Source: a virus
Length of the DNA: 64,000 bases
IMG/VR virus record: IMGVR_UViG_3300028025_002503
Span: 6,522-70,521 of that record
Reading direction: 5' to 3' (one strand)
This document shows positions 55,870-63,781 of the stretch, piece after piece; positions within the stretch are counted from its first letter, which is position 1, and each line of letters starts with the position of its first letter. A program made the position numbers and the translations under genes. Under the pieces are notes generated by a model. It had not been told where the DNA came from and made no database searches. It saw only the letters and a list, made by a program, of their open reading frames with translations.

Positions 55870-56024
55870 TGACATCAGGTAAAGCTAAGAAATCAGGCAA
55901 ACCTAAAAAGGCTCCTAAAGTTCCTAACTCTAGACCTAAGGATAATTATATGAAGGAAGCTGACACAAAGCTTCGTCTTAAGAGTCCTCAGTGGCCTATG
56001 AAACAAAAGCGTTTATCAAAATAA
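55869..56024 (+). CDS. Lys/Pro-rich 51-aa protein
   Basis: MTSGKAKKSGKPKKAPKVPNSRPK...; TAATG-coupled; ends at the terminator. Confidence 0.65.
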   Translation: MTSGKAKKSGKPKKAPKVPNSRPKDNYMKEADTKLRLKSPQWPMKQKRLSK

Positions 56025-56057
56025 TAAAAGCCCCTTTTTACAGGGGCTTTTTTATTA
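56022..56057. terminator. Bidirectional terminator between the convergent genome arms
   Basis: TAATAAAAGCCCCT-loop-AGGGGCTTTTTTATTA. Confidence 0.9.
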
Positions 56058-56354
56058 CAGCGATGTCAGCTCATAGAACCTTATTGCATCTTCTGGTTCT
56101 AAATAGATTTCTGTCTGATAGGTGTTGCGCTCACGCTTGTATCCCTTCATTTTATTTGTCTTAGGATCTACATCAGGAACCTGTTGAGCTCTTTCATGTA
56201 TATCATCCAACAATACAAGCATCCTACCATCTTCCATAGACACTGCTCTAATCACTTTCTCAATGTTAAAGCTGTCTTTGAATAACTTAAACTCAGGTGC
56301 TTCAGGAGTTCCACCTGCCACTTCTTTGCGTGTAAACACGAATTGATTTTTCAT
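56055..56354 (-). CDS. Hypothetical protein
   Basis: Likely start MKNQFVF at 56354. Confidence 0.65.
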   Translation of the reverse strand: MKNQFVFTRKEVAGGTPEAPEFKLFKDSFNIEKVIRAVSMEDGRMLVLLDDIHERAQQVPDVDPKTNKMKGYKRERNTYQTEIYLEPEDAIRFYELTSL

Positions 56355-56364
56355 TTTGTTTGTT

Positions 56365-57018
56365 TTATTTACCGTATTCATAATCTAAAATCTTACCAAC
56401 AATGTCACTCCTGTGATTCTCTTTGAGCTTGATGTATTGTATCTCTTCTATTCTCTTAGAGAGCTCAATAGCATATGCTAATCCATTCATTCCATTGTCT
56501 CTGATGTCTGTTTGTTCCAGATCACCATTAATGATAATCTTTCCTGTCTTACCTATTCTTGTGAGAATAGCAAGCATTTGAGCCTTTGTCAAGTTCTGAG
56601 CTTCTTCTACAATCAATAGGTCATCAATGGTCTTACCCCTGATGAATTGTACAGGATAGGTGAGAATCTTCTTTTGCTCAAGTAGTTCTGTTATCTTTAG
56701 ATGATCGTAGCACTTAAGCAGATTCTCTTGGAATGCTTCTAGATAGGGATTAAATTTATCTTCTATCGCTCCAGGAAGAAATCCTAGACTGTTCCCCACT
56801 TCAATTGTAGCTCTTGTAACAAACACCTTTTCACATTGCTTCTTAAAGAGGAAATCTAAAGCACACTGTGCTCCAACTAATGACTTACCAGATCCAGCTC
56901 TACCAGTGATGATAACAATTTGATTATTAATAATCAATCGTTTAGCTTCGATCTGTTCTTCATTTAAAGAAATCTTGTATGATATTTCTCCTTTCCTTAC
57001 TCTATTCGGTTCCTTCAT
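56365..57018 (-). CDS. phoH: PhoH family ATPase
   Basis: GRAGSGKS, LGFLPG, IRGKT, EEAQN, TRIG, GDLEQTD and HRS motifs. Confidence 0.92.
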   Translation of the reverse strand: MKEPNRVRKGEISYKISLNEEQIEAKRLIINNQIVIITGRAGSGKSLVGAQCALDFLFKKQCEKVFVTRATIEVGNSLGFLPGAIEDKFNPYLEAFQENLLKCYDHLKITELLEQKKILTYPVQFIRGKTIDDLLIVEEAQNLTKAQMLAILTRIGKTGKIIINGDLEQTDIRDNGMNGLAYAIELSKRIEEIQYIKLKENHRSDIVGKILDYEYGK

Positions 57019-57679
57019 AAAATCTTAAATTTGTTTGATTGTATTTAGCTAAAGTTAATTTATAACGTAACGTGTTAACGTTCATGTTAATAGATTCTGC
57101 TGCATCTTTAATAGAGTTAAACACTTCTTCTGTAACAATGTTTTTTATCTTTTTAGATCTAGCATGATTTAACGATTTTAAATGTTTAGTAACTTCACTT
57201 TGAGATTTGTTAAACATAGGATTTTTTTCTCCTAATTTACTTTCTCTATATTTTATTTTAGAAAGATCAGATCTAATCGTACCTGTTAAAGAGTTGCTAA
57301 TTTTTTGCTTAGTTTCACAAGTATGTCTAAAAAGTCCTTTTTTATTTTTATTATAAGGAACATTTCCTTTTCCTACACCTTCTCCACCAAATGAACAATT
57401 TAAACCTCGTTTAAATGAGTTATATTTATTTATATAAAATATCTCTAAATTTGATAACTCTTGTTTTGAATTTGCAGAATCTATTACTTCCCATGTATGA
57501 GAAATCCACCCATACTTTTGAATAGACCTACATATTTTTATTTGAGTTTTAACATTTCCATTTTTATATTTTTTAAATCGTTCTTTTACATTAATTGATT
57601 TACCAATATAAATCAGTCCTGATGGAGAAGTTATTTTATAAATGTGTCCATATAAAACAGTACTATTTAAGTTTTTCAT
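57002..57679 (-). CDS. GIY-YIG homing endonuclease with NUMOD-type DNA-binding repeats
   Basis: HIYKITSPSGLIYIGKS...R...E...N; HTCETKQKIS, GEKNPMF and FNSIKDAAE motifs; AT-rich. Confidence 0.88.
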   Translation of the reverse strand: MKNLNSTVLYGHIYKITSPSGLIYIGKSINVKERFKKYKNGNVKTQIKICRSIQKYGWISHTWEVIDSANSKQELSNLEIFYINKYNSFKRGLNCSFGGEGVGKGNVPYNKNKKGLFRHTCETKQKISNSLTGTIRSDLSKIKYRESKLGEKNPMFNKSQSEVTKHLKSLNHARSKKIKNIVTEEVFNSIKDAAESINMNVNTLRYKLTLAKYNQTNLRFYEGTE

Positions 57680-58055
57680 ACTTAATTTTTAGTTGTTCAC
57701 GTCTGTTATTCACTTCTTCATATCTGTATATGTCTATTTCAACTTGATCATGTTCTTCCCATGTAAGGAATATGATGTTCTCTGGATCATATGCAGCTTC
57801 TGGATACTTTTCTTTTGGAAGTATATGATGAAAGAATATTGTCAATGGCTCACTGCCTAATCTAACCCCACTCACCTCAGAGAAATGTCTTCGTTGGTTC
57901 CATAGTTCATTAAAGAAATCTTTCATTTCTCTTCTTTGGATTCCACATTTTCCACTGGTGCATGTCCATTTTCTGGTCTTTGGCATAGATTTTCTAGGCT
58001 TGTGGGCAAAACAATATTCGCTTTCAGCGTTCTTCCCACATGTTTTACATTTCAT
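57663..58055 (-). CDS. HNH/NinG-like nuclease with N-terminal Zn knuckle
   Basis: CKTC...CFAH; HHILPK..YP...ENIIFLTWEEH. Confidence 0.6.
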   Translation of the reverse strand: MKCKTCGKNAESEYCFAHKPRKSMPKTRKWTCTSGKCGIQRREMKDFFNELWNQRRHFSEVSGVRLGSEPLTIFFHHILPKEKYPEAAYDPENIIFLTWEEHDQVEIDIYRYEEVNNRREQLKIKYEKLK

Positions 58056-58286
58056 TTACACCTTGTTGTAGGTTTTGAATTTAGACCTAGAATTGTACAT
58101 ATCAATTAGAAAGTTAATCTTCTCTTTCCAATCATTGTGAACTTTCTTCTTACGCTTATCTATCTTCTCTCCTTCTTGAAACAGTTTTTCGATTTCTTCA
58201 TGTAAGTCTACAAGACTTATATATTGTTTCTCAAACAATTTTAAGTCATAATCATCAATATGAAGTATTAAATTACTCTTCGCCAT
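58056..58286 (-). CDS. Hypothetical protein
   Basis: 76 aa, in operon. Confidence 0.6.
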   Translation of the reverse strand: MAKSNLILHIDDYDLKLFEKQYISLVDLHEEIEKLFQEGEKIDKRKKKVHNDWKEKINFLIDMYNSRSKFKTYNKV

Positions 58287-58665
58287 ACATTCTATATTGT
58301 TTTTCCATTAGAAATAATATCAGATAAACATCGTTCATTTTTGCCACTTGTCTATCAGAAGGAATGTAATATAGGAGAATAGCTTCTAACCAGTCATCAG
58401 GAATATCTTTAAGAAGAACATATTCTCCAATAACACCATTCCATCTATAGAAGTATTGTCTGATAAGGGAGAATGGATGGTCTTCTATATACATACTAAA
58501 ATCAATCACACTCCCTTCTTCACTCCATCCCCATCTAGAATAATCTAGTCCTCCATCCACCATGGCATTACCACACTTACAGTGTTTGTAGTCATGCCTA
58601 TGGTAGCTTTGTATAGTGTCATCACATAGATTACAATATACAGCGTTATAGAATAGAGTTTTCAT
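58273..58665 (-). CDS. Zn-binding phage protein
   Basis: CNLCDDTIQSYHRHDYKHCKCG..VDGG motif. Confidence 0.65.
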   Translation of the reverse strand: MKTLFYNAVYCNLCDDTIQSYHRHDYKHCKCGNAMVDGGLDYSRWGWSEEGSVIDFSMYIEDHPFSLIRQYFYRWNGVIGEYVLLKDIPDDWLEAILLYYIPSDRQVAKMNDVYLILFLMEKQYRMYGEE

Positions 58666-58670
58666 AAGAA

Positions 58671-58805
58671 TTAGTTAAGTGACATTAGCCAAGTTTTGGC
58701 AGCTTTAATGGTCATAAAGTTTTTACTAATCCTTACACCATTAACGTATTTCCTAGCTCTGTAGGTTCCATTGTCTGTCTTGTAGACGTTGTTTGTCTTT
58801 TTCAT
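58671..58805 (-). CDS. 44-aa AP2/integrase-arm-like DNA-binding mini-protein (not in the ORF track)
   Basis: MKKTNNVYKTDNGTYRARKYVNGVRISKNFMTIKAAKTWLMSLN. Confidence 0.55.
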   Translation of the reverse strand: MKKTNNVYKTDNGTYRARKYVNGVRISKNFMTIKAAKTWLMSLN

Positions 58806-58816
58806 ATTTGTTTGTT

Positions 58817-59257
58817 TTAATTTAAACCCGTACTGCCGAATGCCCCAGTTCCTCTATCAGAACTATCTAGAGAATCAACTTCTAACAATTCAACTTCCTG
58901 CACCTTATCAAAGAATATTTGAGCTACACGATCTCCCACTTGATAAGGGAATCCAAAGTTATTACCTATAGGAGAAAATACTGCCATCCATTCTCCTCTG
59001 TAGTCACTATCAATTACACCAAATGAGTTGTTTAAAACCCATGTGTATTTAGTTAGATTACTACGAGGTACAATGATGCCCTTCCATCCAACAGGAATCT
59101 CTGTAGCAAAGCCCAGACCCACCTTGATTTTACCATCATTCATATTGCTCACACTGTGAGCATATACATCATAACAAGCAGCGTGAGAGCTCCCCTTAAT
59201 AGGGAGCTTCACATCTGCATGAAGTTTCTTAAATTTCACTGTCAACATCAGCTTCAA
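58817..59257 (-). CDS. dut: Trimeric dUTPase
   Basis: ACYDV, PRS, GVIDSDYRGE, GDRVAQ and RGTGAFGSTG motifs; start may be 59248. Confidence 0.95.
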   Translation of the reverse strand: MKLMLTVKFKKLHADVKLPIKGSSHAACYDVYAHSVSNMNDGKIKVGLGFATEIPVGWKGIIVPRSNLTKYTWVLNNSFGVIDSDYRGEWMAVFSPIGNNFGFPYQVGDRVAQIFFDKVQEVELLEVDSLDSSDRGTGAFGSTGLN

Positions 59258-60257
59258 TTTTGATTTCTGTTTGTTTAATCTTAGTTTTAATCTTCTCCTT
59301 AATATCGTTATAGAACTCTTCGTTGTCTAACAATAGTGCACTAAATTGCTCAATATCATACTTAGTTTCACCAAAGGTAATAGTTTTTCCCCATTTCTTG
59401 AAAATTTCGTAATCATTTCCAAGTTCCATGATTTCCTTCACCTTATCAATACCAAGACCATAAACAATCTCAAATTGATGAAGTCTATAGGGAGGAGACA
59501 TTTTGTTCTTAGTAGCTTTCACCTTGGTCAGATTTGCATAATTCACATCACCTTCTTTCAGCAAGCTTTTGCTCACCTCAATACGACAATCTGAATAGTA
59601 TTTCAGCGCATGCCCACCTTGTGTAGTGGTAGGATTACCAAACATAACGCCAATCTTCTCACGATATTGACTAATTACAATTACACAAACATTGTGTTCA
59701 GATAGGGCAGATTTCATCTTTGGATAGGCAGAACTATTGAGTAGAGCTTTTTTACCAATAGACGAATCACCCACCTCACCATCTAACACCTTCTTAGGAA
59801 TTAAACTTGAATCACTGTCAATAATAACAAGATCAATAGTGCCAGTGTTTATCATCTCCATAGCAATGTTAAATCCTTCCTCACCACATGATGGTTGAGC
59901 AATTAACATCTTTGTTGTGTCAACACCTATTTGCTGAAAATAACTTTTATCTACAGCATGCTCACCGTCTATATAGAGCACTGTTCCACCTTTCTTCTGA
60001 CATTCTGCTACAACATGTCCACAGATGGTAGATTTACCTGTACCCTCCCATCCCATGAGTTCATACATCCTACCCTTAACAAATCCACCAACTCCTAGTG
60101 TAATCCAATCAAAACCTACACTTCCTGTACTAATAACATCGTGTTCTCCACCTGACTTACTATCTAATGTAAGCACTGTGCCTACACCATACGTCTTATT
60201 TAACTTGTCTAACGCTTCTTGAAACTTACTTCCTGATGATTCCTTTGCTTTTGCCAT
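59229..60257 (-). CDS. recA: RecA recombinase
   Basis: Walker A GWEGTGKST, YIDGEHA, QPSCGE, IIDS, QYREKIGVMFGNPTTTQGGHALKYY and KNK motifs. Confidence 0.95.
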   Translation of the reverse strand: MAKAKESSGSKFQEALDKLNKTYGVGTVLTLDSKSGGEHDVISTGSVGFDWITLGVGGFVKGRMYELMGWEGTGKSTICGHVVAECQKKGGTVLYIDGEHAVDKSYFQQIGVDTTKMLIAQPSCGEEGFNIAMEMINTGTIDLVIIDSDSSLIPKKVLDGEVGDSSIGKKALLNSSAYPKMKSALSEHNVCVIVISQYREKIGVMFGNPTTTQGGHALKYYSDCRIEVSKSLLKEGDVNYANLTKVKATKNKMSPPYRLHQFEIVYGLGIDKVKEIMELGNDYEIFKKWGKTITFGETKYDIEQFSALLLDNEEFYNDIKEKIKTKIKQTEIKIEADVDSEI

Positions 60258-60271
60258 AATTTTTCTTTTAC

Positions 60272-60303
60272 CAAATATACAAAATATAATTAAACGGGCC
60301 AAA
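60272..60303 (-). promoter_or_regulatory. Bacteroidota promoter for recA
   Basis: Minus strand TTTG-N20-TATATTTG. Confidence 0.75.
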
Positions 60304-60304
60304 T

Positions 60305-60325
60305 AAAAAGCCCCAGGATAGGGGC
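60305..60325 (-). terminator. Terminator after the HNH gene
   Basis: Minus strand GCCCC-TATCCT-GGGGC-TTTTT. Confidence 0.7.
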
Positions 60326-60326
60326 A

Positions 60327-60731
60327 CTACTTACAGTTTTGAATTAGCAGATTTATAAAATCTGCTAATGGTATCTCTTTATTATCTTCATAAAGTTTAA
60401 GTATTTTTTTCCTTGATACAACAGTACCATTTTTAGTAATTTGTTTAGAGTGTTTAAGATTTTCTTCTTGTGAACACCATTGAAGATTATTTAAATTGTT
60501 ATTGAAAGGATTACCATCTATATGATTTACAACATATTGATCAGGATTTGGTATAGAGTCAAAAGTCATTAATACTAATCTATGAAGTAGAAATGAAAAC
60601 TTTCTATGTCTTATGCGTACTCTTACATAACCTTTTGATATATGAGGTTTTATTTTAGACTTAGTAACTTTATTTCTAACTTCTCCATAATCAGATACTT
60701 CATATCCTGATATAAACTCTTTCCATTTCAT
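60327..60731 (-). CDS. NUMOD4-HNH homing endonuclease
   Basis: WKE..GYEVSDYGEVR, HRLV, VNHIDGNPFNNNLNNLQWCSQEEN. Confidence 0.9.
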   Translation of the reverse strand: MKWKEFISGYEVSDYGEVRNKVTKSKIKPHISKGYVRVRIRHRKFSFLLHRLVLMTFDSIPNPDQYVVNHIDGNPFNNNLNNLQWCSQEENLKHSKQITKNGTVVSRKKILKLYEDNKEIPLADFINLLIQNCK

Positions 60732-60743
60732 AATCTTAAATTT

Positions 60744-60777
60744 AAAAAAAAGCCCCAAAGGATAGAAATCCTAGGGC
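60744..60777 (-). terminator. Terminator after the nrdJ operon
   Basis: Minus strand GCCCTAGGAT-TTCT-ATCCTTTGGGGC-T8. Confidence 0.75.
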
Positions 60778-60800
60778 GTATAAATCGAAAAACAACAACA

Positions 60801-60977
60801 CTATATCTTTTTTGATTTCTCCAGTTCTTTATTACCCTTTACAGCAGGTTTTGTGTATGGGCAATGTCTGCATTTGTTCCCACAACAATATCCACGCTGT
60901 AAAAAATAAGCTTCTGTAAAAACAACTTTATCTCCATCGAGATAATAATGAACGTCTTTTATAAATTCTTGTTTCAT
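60801..60977 (-). CDS. Small Cys-rich protein (DUF5522-like)
   Basis: RGYCCGNKCRHCPY; TAATG-coupled to nrdJ. Confidence 0.75.
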   Translation of the reverse strand: MKQEFIKDVHYYLDGDKVVFTEAYFLQRGYCCGNKCRHCPYTKPAVKGNKELEKSKKI

Positions 60978-62887
60978 TAGATGTTGATTTCGCACTGGGA
61001 TCCACTACATGCACTCACTTGACCAAAATCCACTGAATCATCCATTTCAGTCACCTTAGTTAAATCAATAGATGTCAATGAGGTGATACGTTTGTTGTAT
61101 TCCTCTTCAGTGATGTCCTCGAAAGGTGCTTGGGCATAACTGCCTCCAAAATAGGGGAGCACACTCAAACCATTATAAACTTCACGATTGTTCCACATCC
61201 ATTCTCCTACAACTTCCCATTCATTTCTACCTCCTACAACAACTTCTTGATAACCATCTGGTGTAGTTACATAACCTCTTGCAGAATCAATAGAAATTGT
61301 AGCACTTACGTTATGTGTATTATCACCATTAATATGTCCTGGTTTAATCCATTCTAGAGAGAACTTCTTAACACGTTCTAATGTGTCAATAGCTGTCTCT
61401 GTACGGAAAATAGATCCTTCAGGAGCTTTAACAGGAATACGTACACATACAGTGTCTGTAGGACGAAGAACATCATCTTCACAGAGCTCTGGATGATTAA
61501 CCATCAAATAGGCTGCCATGTCCTCATTCTTATTAAACCTCATAGTCCTGAGGTAATAAGGAGCATGCCATGCATGAATTCCACTAGCTGTACCTAACAC
61601 CAGACTGGTTGTACCACTAGGCTTAATACATGTAATCCTAGCTGCTTCATTGGTTCCTATTACAGAGCTAATCATGCTGTTCATCACCTTGGCTACATGA
61701 GCAGCAATGTCAAGATTGTAGTTAAGAATCTCACCACTTCCTATTCCTGTCATACCAATTCCCAATAGAGCATCCTTTTGTGTTGTCTTAGCCCAAATAG
61801 GTCTCAGATAGTGGAAGTTAGAGAATCCAGCCTGAAGTGTTCCAAAGAACGCAGCAATAGCTACACGCTCATTAAGATCATCTTGGCTAGTTACATCACT
61901 TACATTCACCTCACAAAGATTACAGAACTGATAGGGTCTGAGAGCAATTTCACAACATGGATTAGTTCCCCAATCTTTATTGTTAGTCCAATAGATCCCT
62001 GGCTCACCAGATCCACTTGCCTCAATCCTCTTCCATAGACTAAAGAATTCTTCTTCTCCTACAACTCCCCTTTCAAGTACAGCACTGTTATTAGCCCTAC
62101 CACGCTGCTCATTCAATTCATACCATGTTCCGTACTTACATGTAATCATCTCCTCATCATTGTGACTAAACAGAGCAATCATAGCACTCCTACGAATACC
62201 ACCTGCAAGAACACTGTTAGCAATGTGACAAAGAATATCATGACACTCTAGAGGCGTAAGCTTATCTCCTTCTTGTTTCCTATCAAGAATAGCTTGTACA
62301 TGTGACAAACAAATCTTAAGAGGTTCAGGACCAGGAGCTTTACCACCAGCTGTAATCAATCTAGCACCCTTCTGACGGATGGATCTAAAATCAAACTTAG
62401 GCATAAATCCACCTTCGAGATAGGCTTTCATTAACACCTTTACAGCATCAGCCCATCCCATGATAGAATCTTCAATAAGATAGTTCCTAGCCTTACCTGG
62501 TTTTGTAATAGCAGGAAGTTGATCAATGTGATGTTTCTGTACAGAATAACCTACACCTGTTCCCCCTAATAGCAAAAACATAGTTTCACTGAAGCTATGT
62601 AAGCTATCAATTGGAAGAAAACAGCAGTTGTAAATTCTTGAATTGTTCACCTCAGCAGCTGGACCAGCAAATTGAAGAGCTCTCATAGATGGTAACACCT
62701 TCTTCTCTTTAATCATTTCCCCACTACTTATGATAGCCTCTTCTAATGTAGGATATTTCTTAATCATCATGTTCTGATACCTGTTTACAATCTCTTCCCA
62801 GGTCTCTCTACGTTTTTGTTCTGGCAAATACTTTGCGTATTTACTGAACACGGTTATTTTCGACAATGCGTCTAATCCTAAATCCAT
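60977..62887 (-). CDS. nrdJ: Class II (adenosylcobalamin-dependent) ribonucleotide reductase
   Basis: YNC, GGTGVG, GGIRRSA, TNPCCEI, CNL, KPSGT and C-terminal CSGSQC; no adjacent beta-subunit gene. Confidence 0.9.
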   Translation of the reverse strand: MDLGLDALSKITVFSKYAKYLPEQKRRETWEEIVNRYQNMMIKKYPTLEEAIISSGEMIKEKKVLPSMRALQFAGPAAEVNNSRIYNCCFLPIDSLHSFSETMFLLLGGTGVGYSVQKHHIDQLPAITKPGKARNYLIEDSIMGWADAVKVLMKAYLEGGFMPKFDFRSIRQKGARLITAGGKAPGPEPLKICLSHVQAILDRKQEGDKLTPLECHDILCHIANSVLAGGIRRSAMIALFSHNDEEMITCKYGTWYELNEQRGRANNSAVLERGVVGEEEFFSLWKRIEASGSGEPGIYWTNNKDWGTNPCCEIALRPYQFCNLCEVNVSDVTSQDDLNERVAIAAFFGTLQAGFSNFHYLRPIWAKTTQKDALLGIGMTGIGSGEILNYNLDIAAHVAKVMNSMISSVIGTNEAARITCIKPSGTTSLVLGTASGIHAWHAPYYLRTMRFNKNEDMAAYLMVNHPELCEDDVLRPTDTVCVRIPVKAPEGSIFRTETAIDTLERVKKFSLEWIKPGHINGDNTHNVSATISIDSARGYVTTPDGYQEVVVGGRNEWEVVGEWMWNNREVYNGLSVLPYFGGSYAQAPFEDITEEEYNKRITSLTSIDLTKVTEMDDSVDFGQVSACSGSQCEINI

Positions 62888-62906
62888 AATTTTTTGTTTA
62901 TTAGTT

Positions 62907-62952
62907 AAAAAAAGGGGATTGCAAACTTACTGCAATCCCCTCTAATAACCAA
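62907..62952 (-). promoter_or_regulatory. Overlapping terminator and nrdJ promoter
   Basis: 11-bp stem AGGGGATTGCA/TGCAATCCCCT plus T-run; TTG-N20-TAAGTTTG with the -7 box lying mostly in the loop. Confidence 0.7.
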
Positions 62953-62967
62953 GACATTTTGAAAATT

Positions 62968-63219
62968 CTATCTAACCATGTCTCTTATTTTTCTACCAAG
63001 ATCTGAATCATTAGGCGTATTTCTAACTATTTCAATCAACTCCTGATTTTGTGTCATGAGCTTCTCAATATAGTTACATCCATCCATTAATTCTTCTTGG
63101 AGATGTAGAAGATAGTTATCCTTGTTGTTTGCATGTAGGGTTGTTCCATACTTCCTAGCTCCTACTTCACTCCTACTTTTAAACTTGGCTATCACCTGGT
63201 CTACGATTGGGTCTGACAT
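62968..63219 (-). CDS. Small helical protein, possibly MazG-like/nucleotide pyrophosphohydrolase fold
   Basis: RSEVGARKYGTTL...HLQEELMDGCNY (EExxD). Confidence 0.5.
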   Translation of the reverse strand: MSDPIVDQVIAKFKSRSEVGARKYGTTLHANNKDNYLLHLQEELMDGCNYIEKLMTQNQELIEIVRNTPNDSDLGRKIRDMVR

Positions 63220-63572
63220 AGTCTTTCATTTAAGATTTTAAATGCTTCTGCTATAGCCTCTTGTTCAGCAGATTTTCTAAATAGATAGTCTTGACTATCC
63301 ACTTCTCCTTCTACGCTATACCTAAACACTCTATGTTCATGGTCAAATGTTATATTGATGAATATACCATTGTCATCAAACACATCAAACATGCTTCTTG
63401 GAGATCCATTGAGTATTCTAGCTATTTTATCATCATCTATTCCCATTTCTCTTACATGTTCTTTAAAGTCTTCAGGAAGAGAATCATCGTTCAATGTTGA
63501 TAGCATTACCTCCAAGTAGTAGGATTTAACCACCTTAGCTGCTTCTGGATACTTTTGTAATAGTTCTAGCAT
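63201..63572 (-). CDS. Hypothetical protein
   Basis: Likely start MLELLQKY at 63572. Confidence 0.6.
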   Translation of the reverse strand: MLELLQKYPEAAKVVKSYYLEVMLSTLNDDSLPEDFKEHVREMGIDDDKIARILNGSPRSMFDVFDDNGIFINITFDHEHRVFRYSVEGEVDSQDYLFRKSAEQEAIAEAFKILNERLCQTQS

Positions 63573-63573
63573 G

Positions 63574-63780
63574 TTATTGATTTTTAAGTTTTTCTGCACG
63601 CAGTGTCCACCATTGTCTTTCGTAATCACAGTCCATATACTGATCATACGGTAGAGTTTTCATGTATTTATATTCCCTTACAAGCAGATCGTTTCTTTCT
63701 GCTTCTAGTTCACAATAAATAAGAGCTGCCTCTCTACCTCTTTCTGTAATAATCTTCTGTACAAAGTCTTCGTTATACAT
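63574..63780 (-). CDS. Hypothetical protein
   Basis: 68 aa, tightly packed. Confidence 0.55.
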   Translation of the reverse strand: MYNEDFVQKIITERGREAALIYCELEAERNDLLVREYKYMKTLPYDQYMDCDYERQWWTLRAEKLKNQ

Positions 63781-63781
63781 G

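Noticed and set aside
1678-55875. Numerous 60-146 aa minus-strand and alternate-frame ORFs in the track
   Set aside because: They are shadows of long + strand genes, with no recognisable motifs or expression signals.
59229-62887. Inteins or introns in recA or nrdJ
   Set aside because: Both have normal lengths and contiguous motifs; the neighbouring endonucleases are free-standing.
58789-63500. Plus-strand short ORFs over dut, recA and nrdJ
   Set aside because: Antisense shadows of well-supported minus-strand genes.
458-63647. Longer upstream starts given in the ORF track (458, 3438, 43492, 45349, 46253, 53740, 54214, 54685, 60302, 60758, 63647)
   Set aside because: They overlap upstream genes, promoters or terminators; downstream ATGs with A-rich leaders or TAATG coupling fit better.
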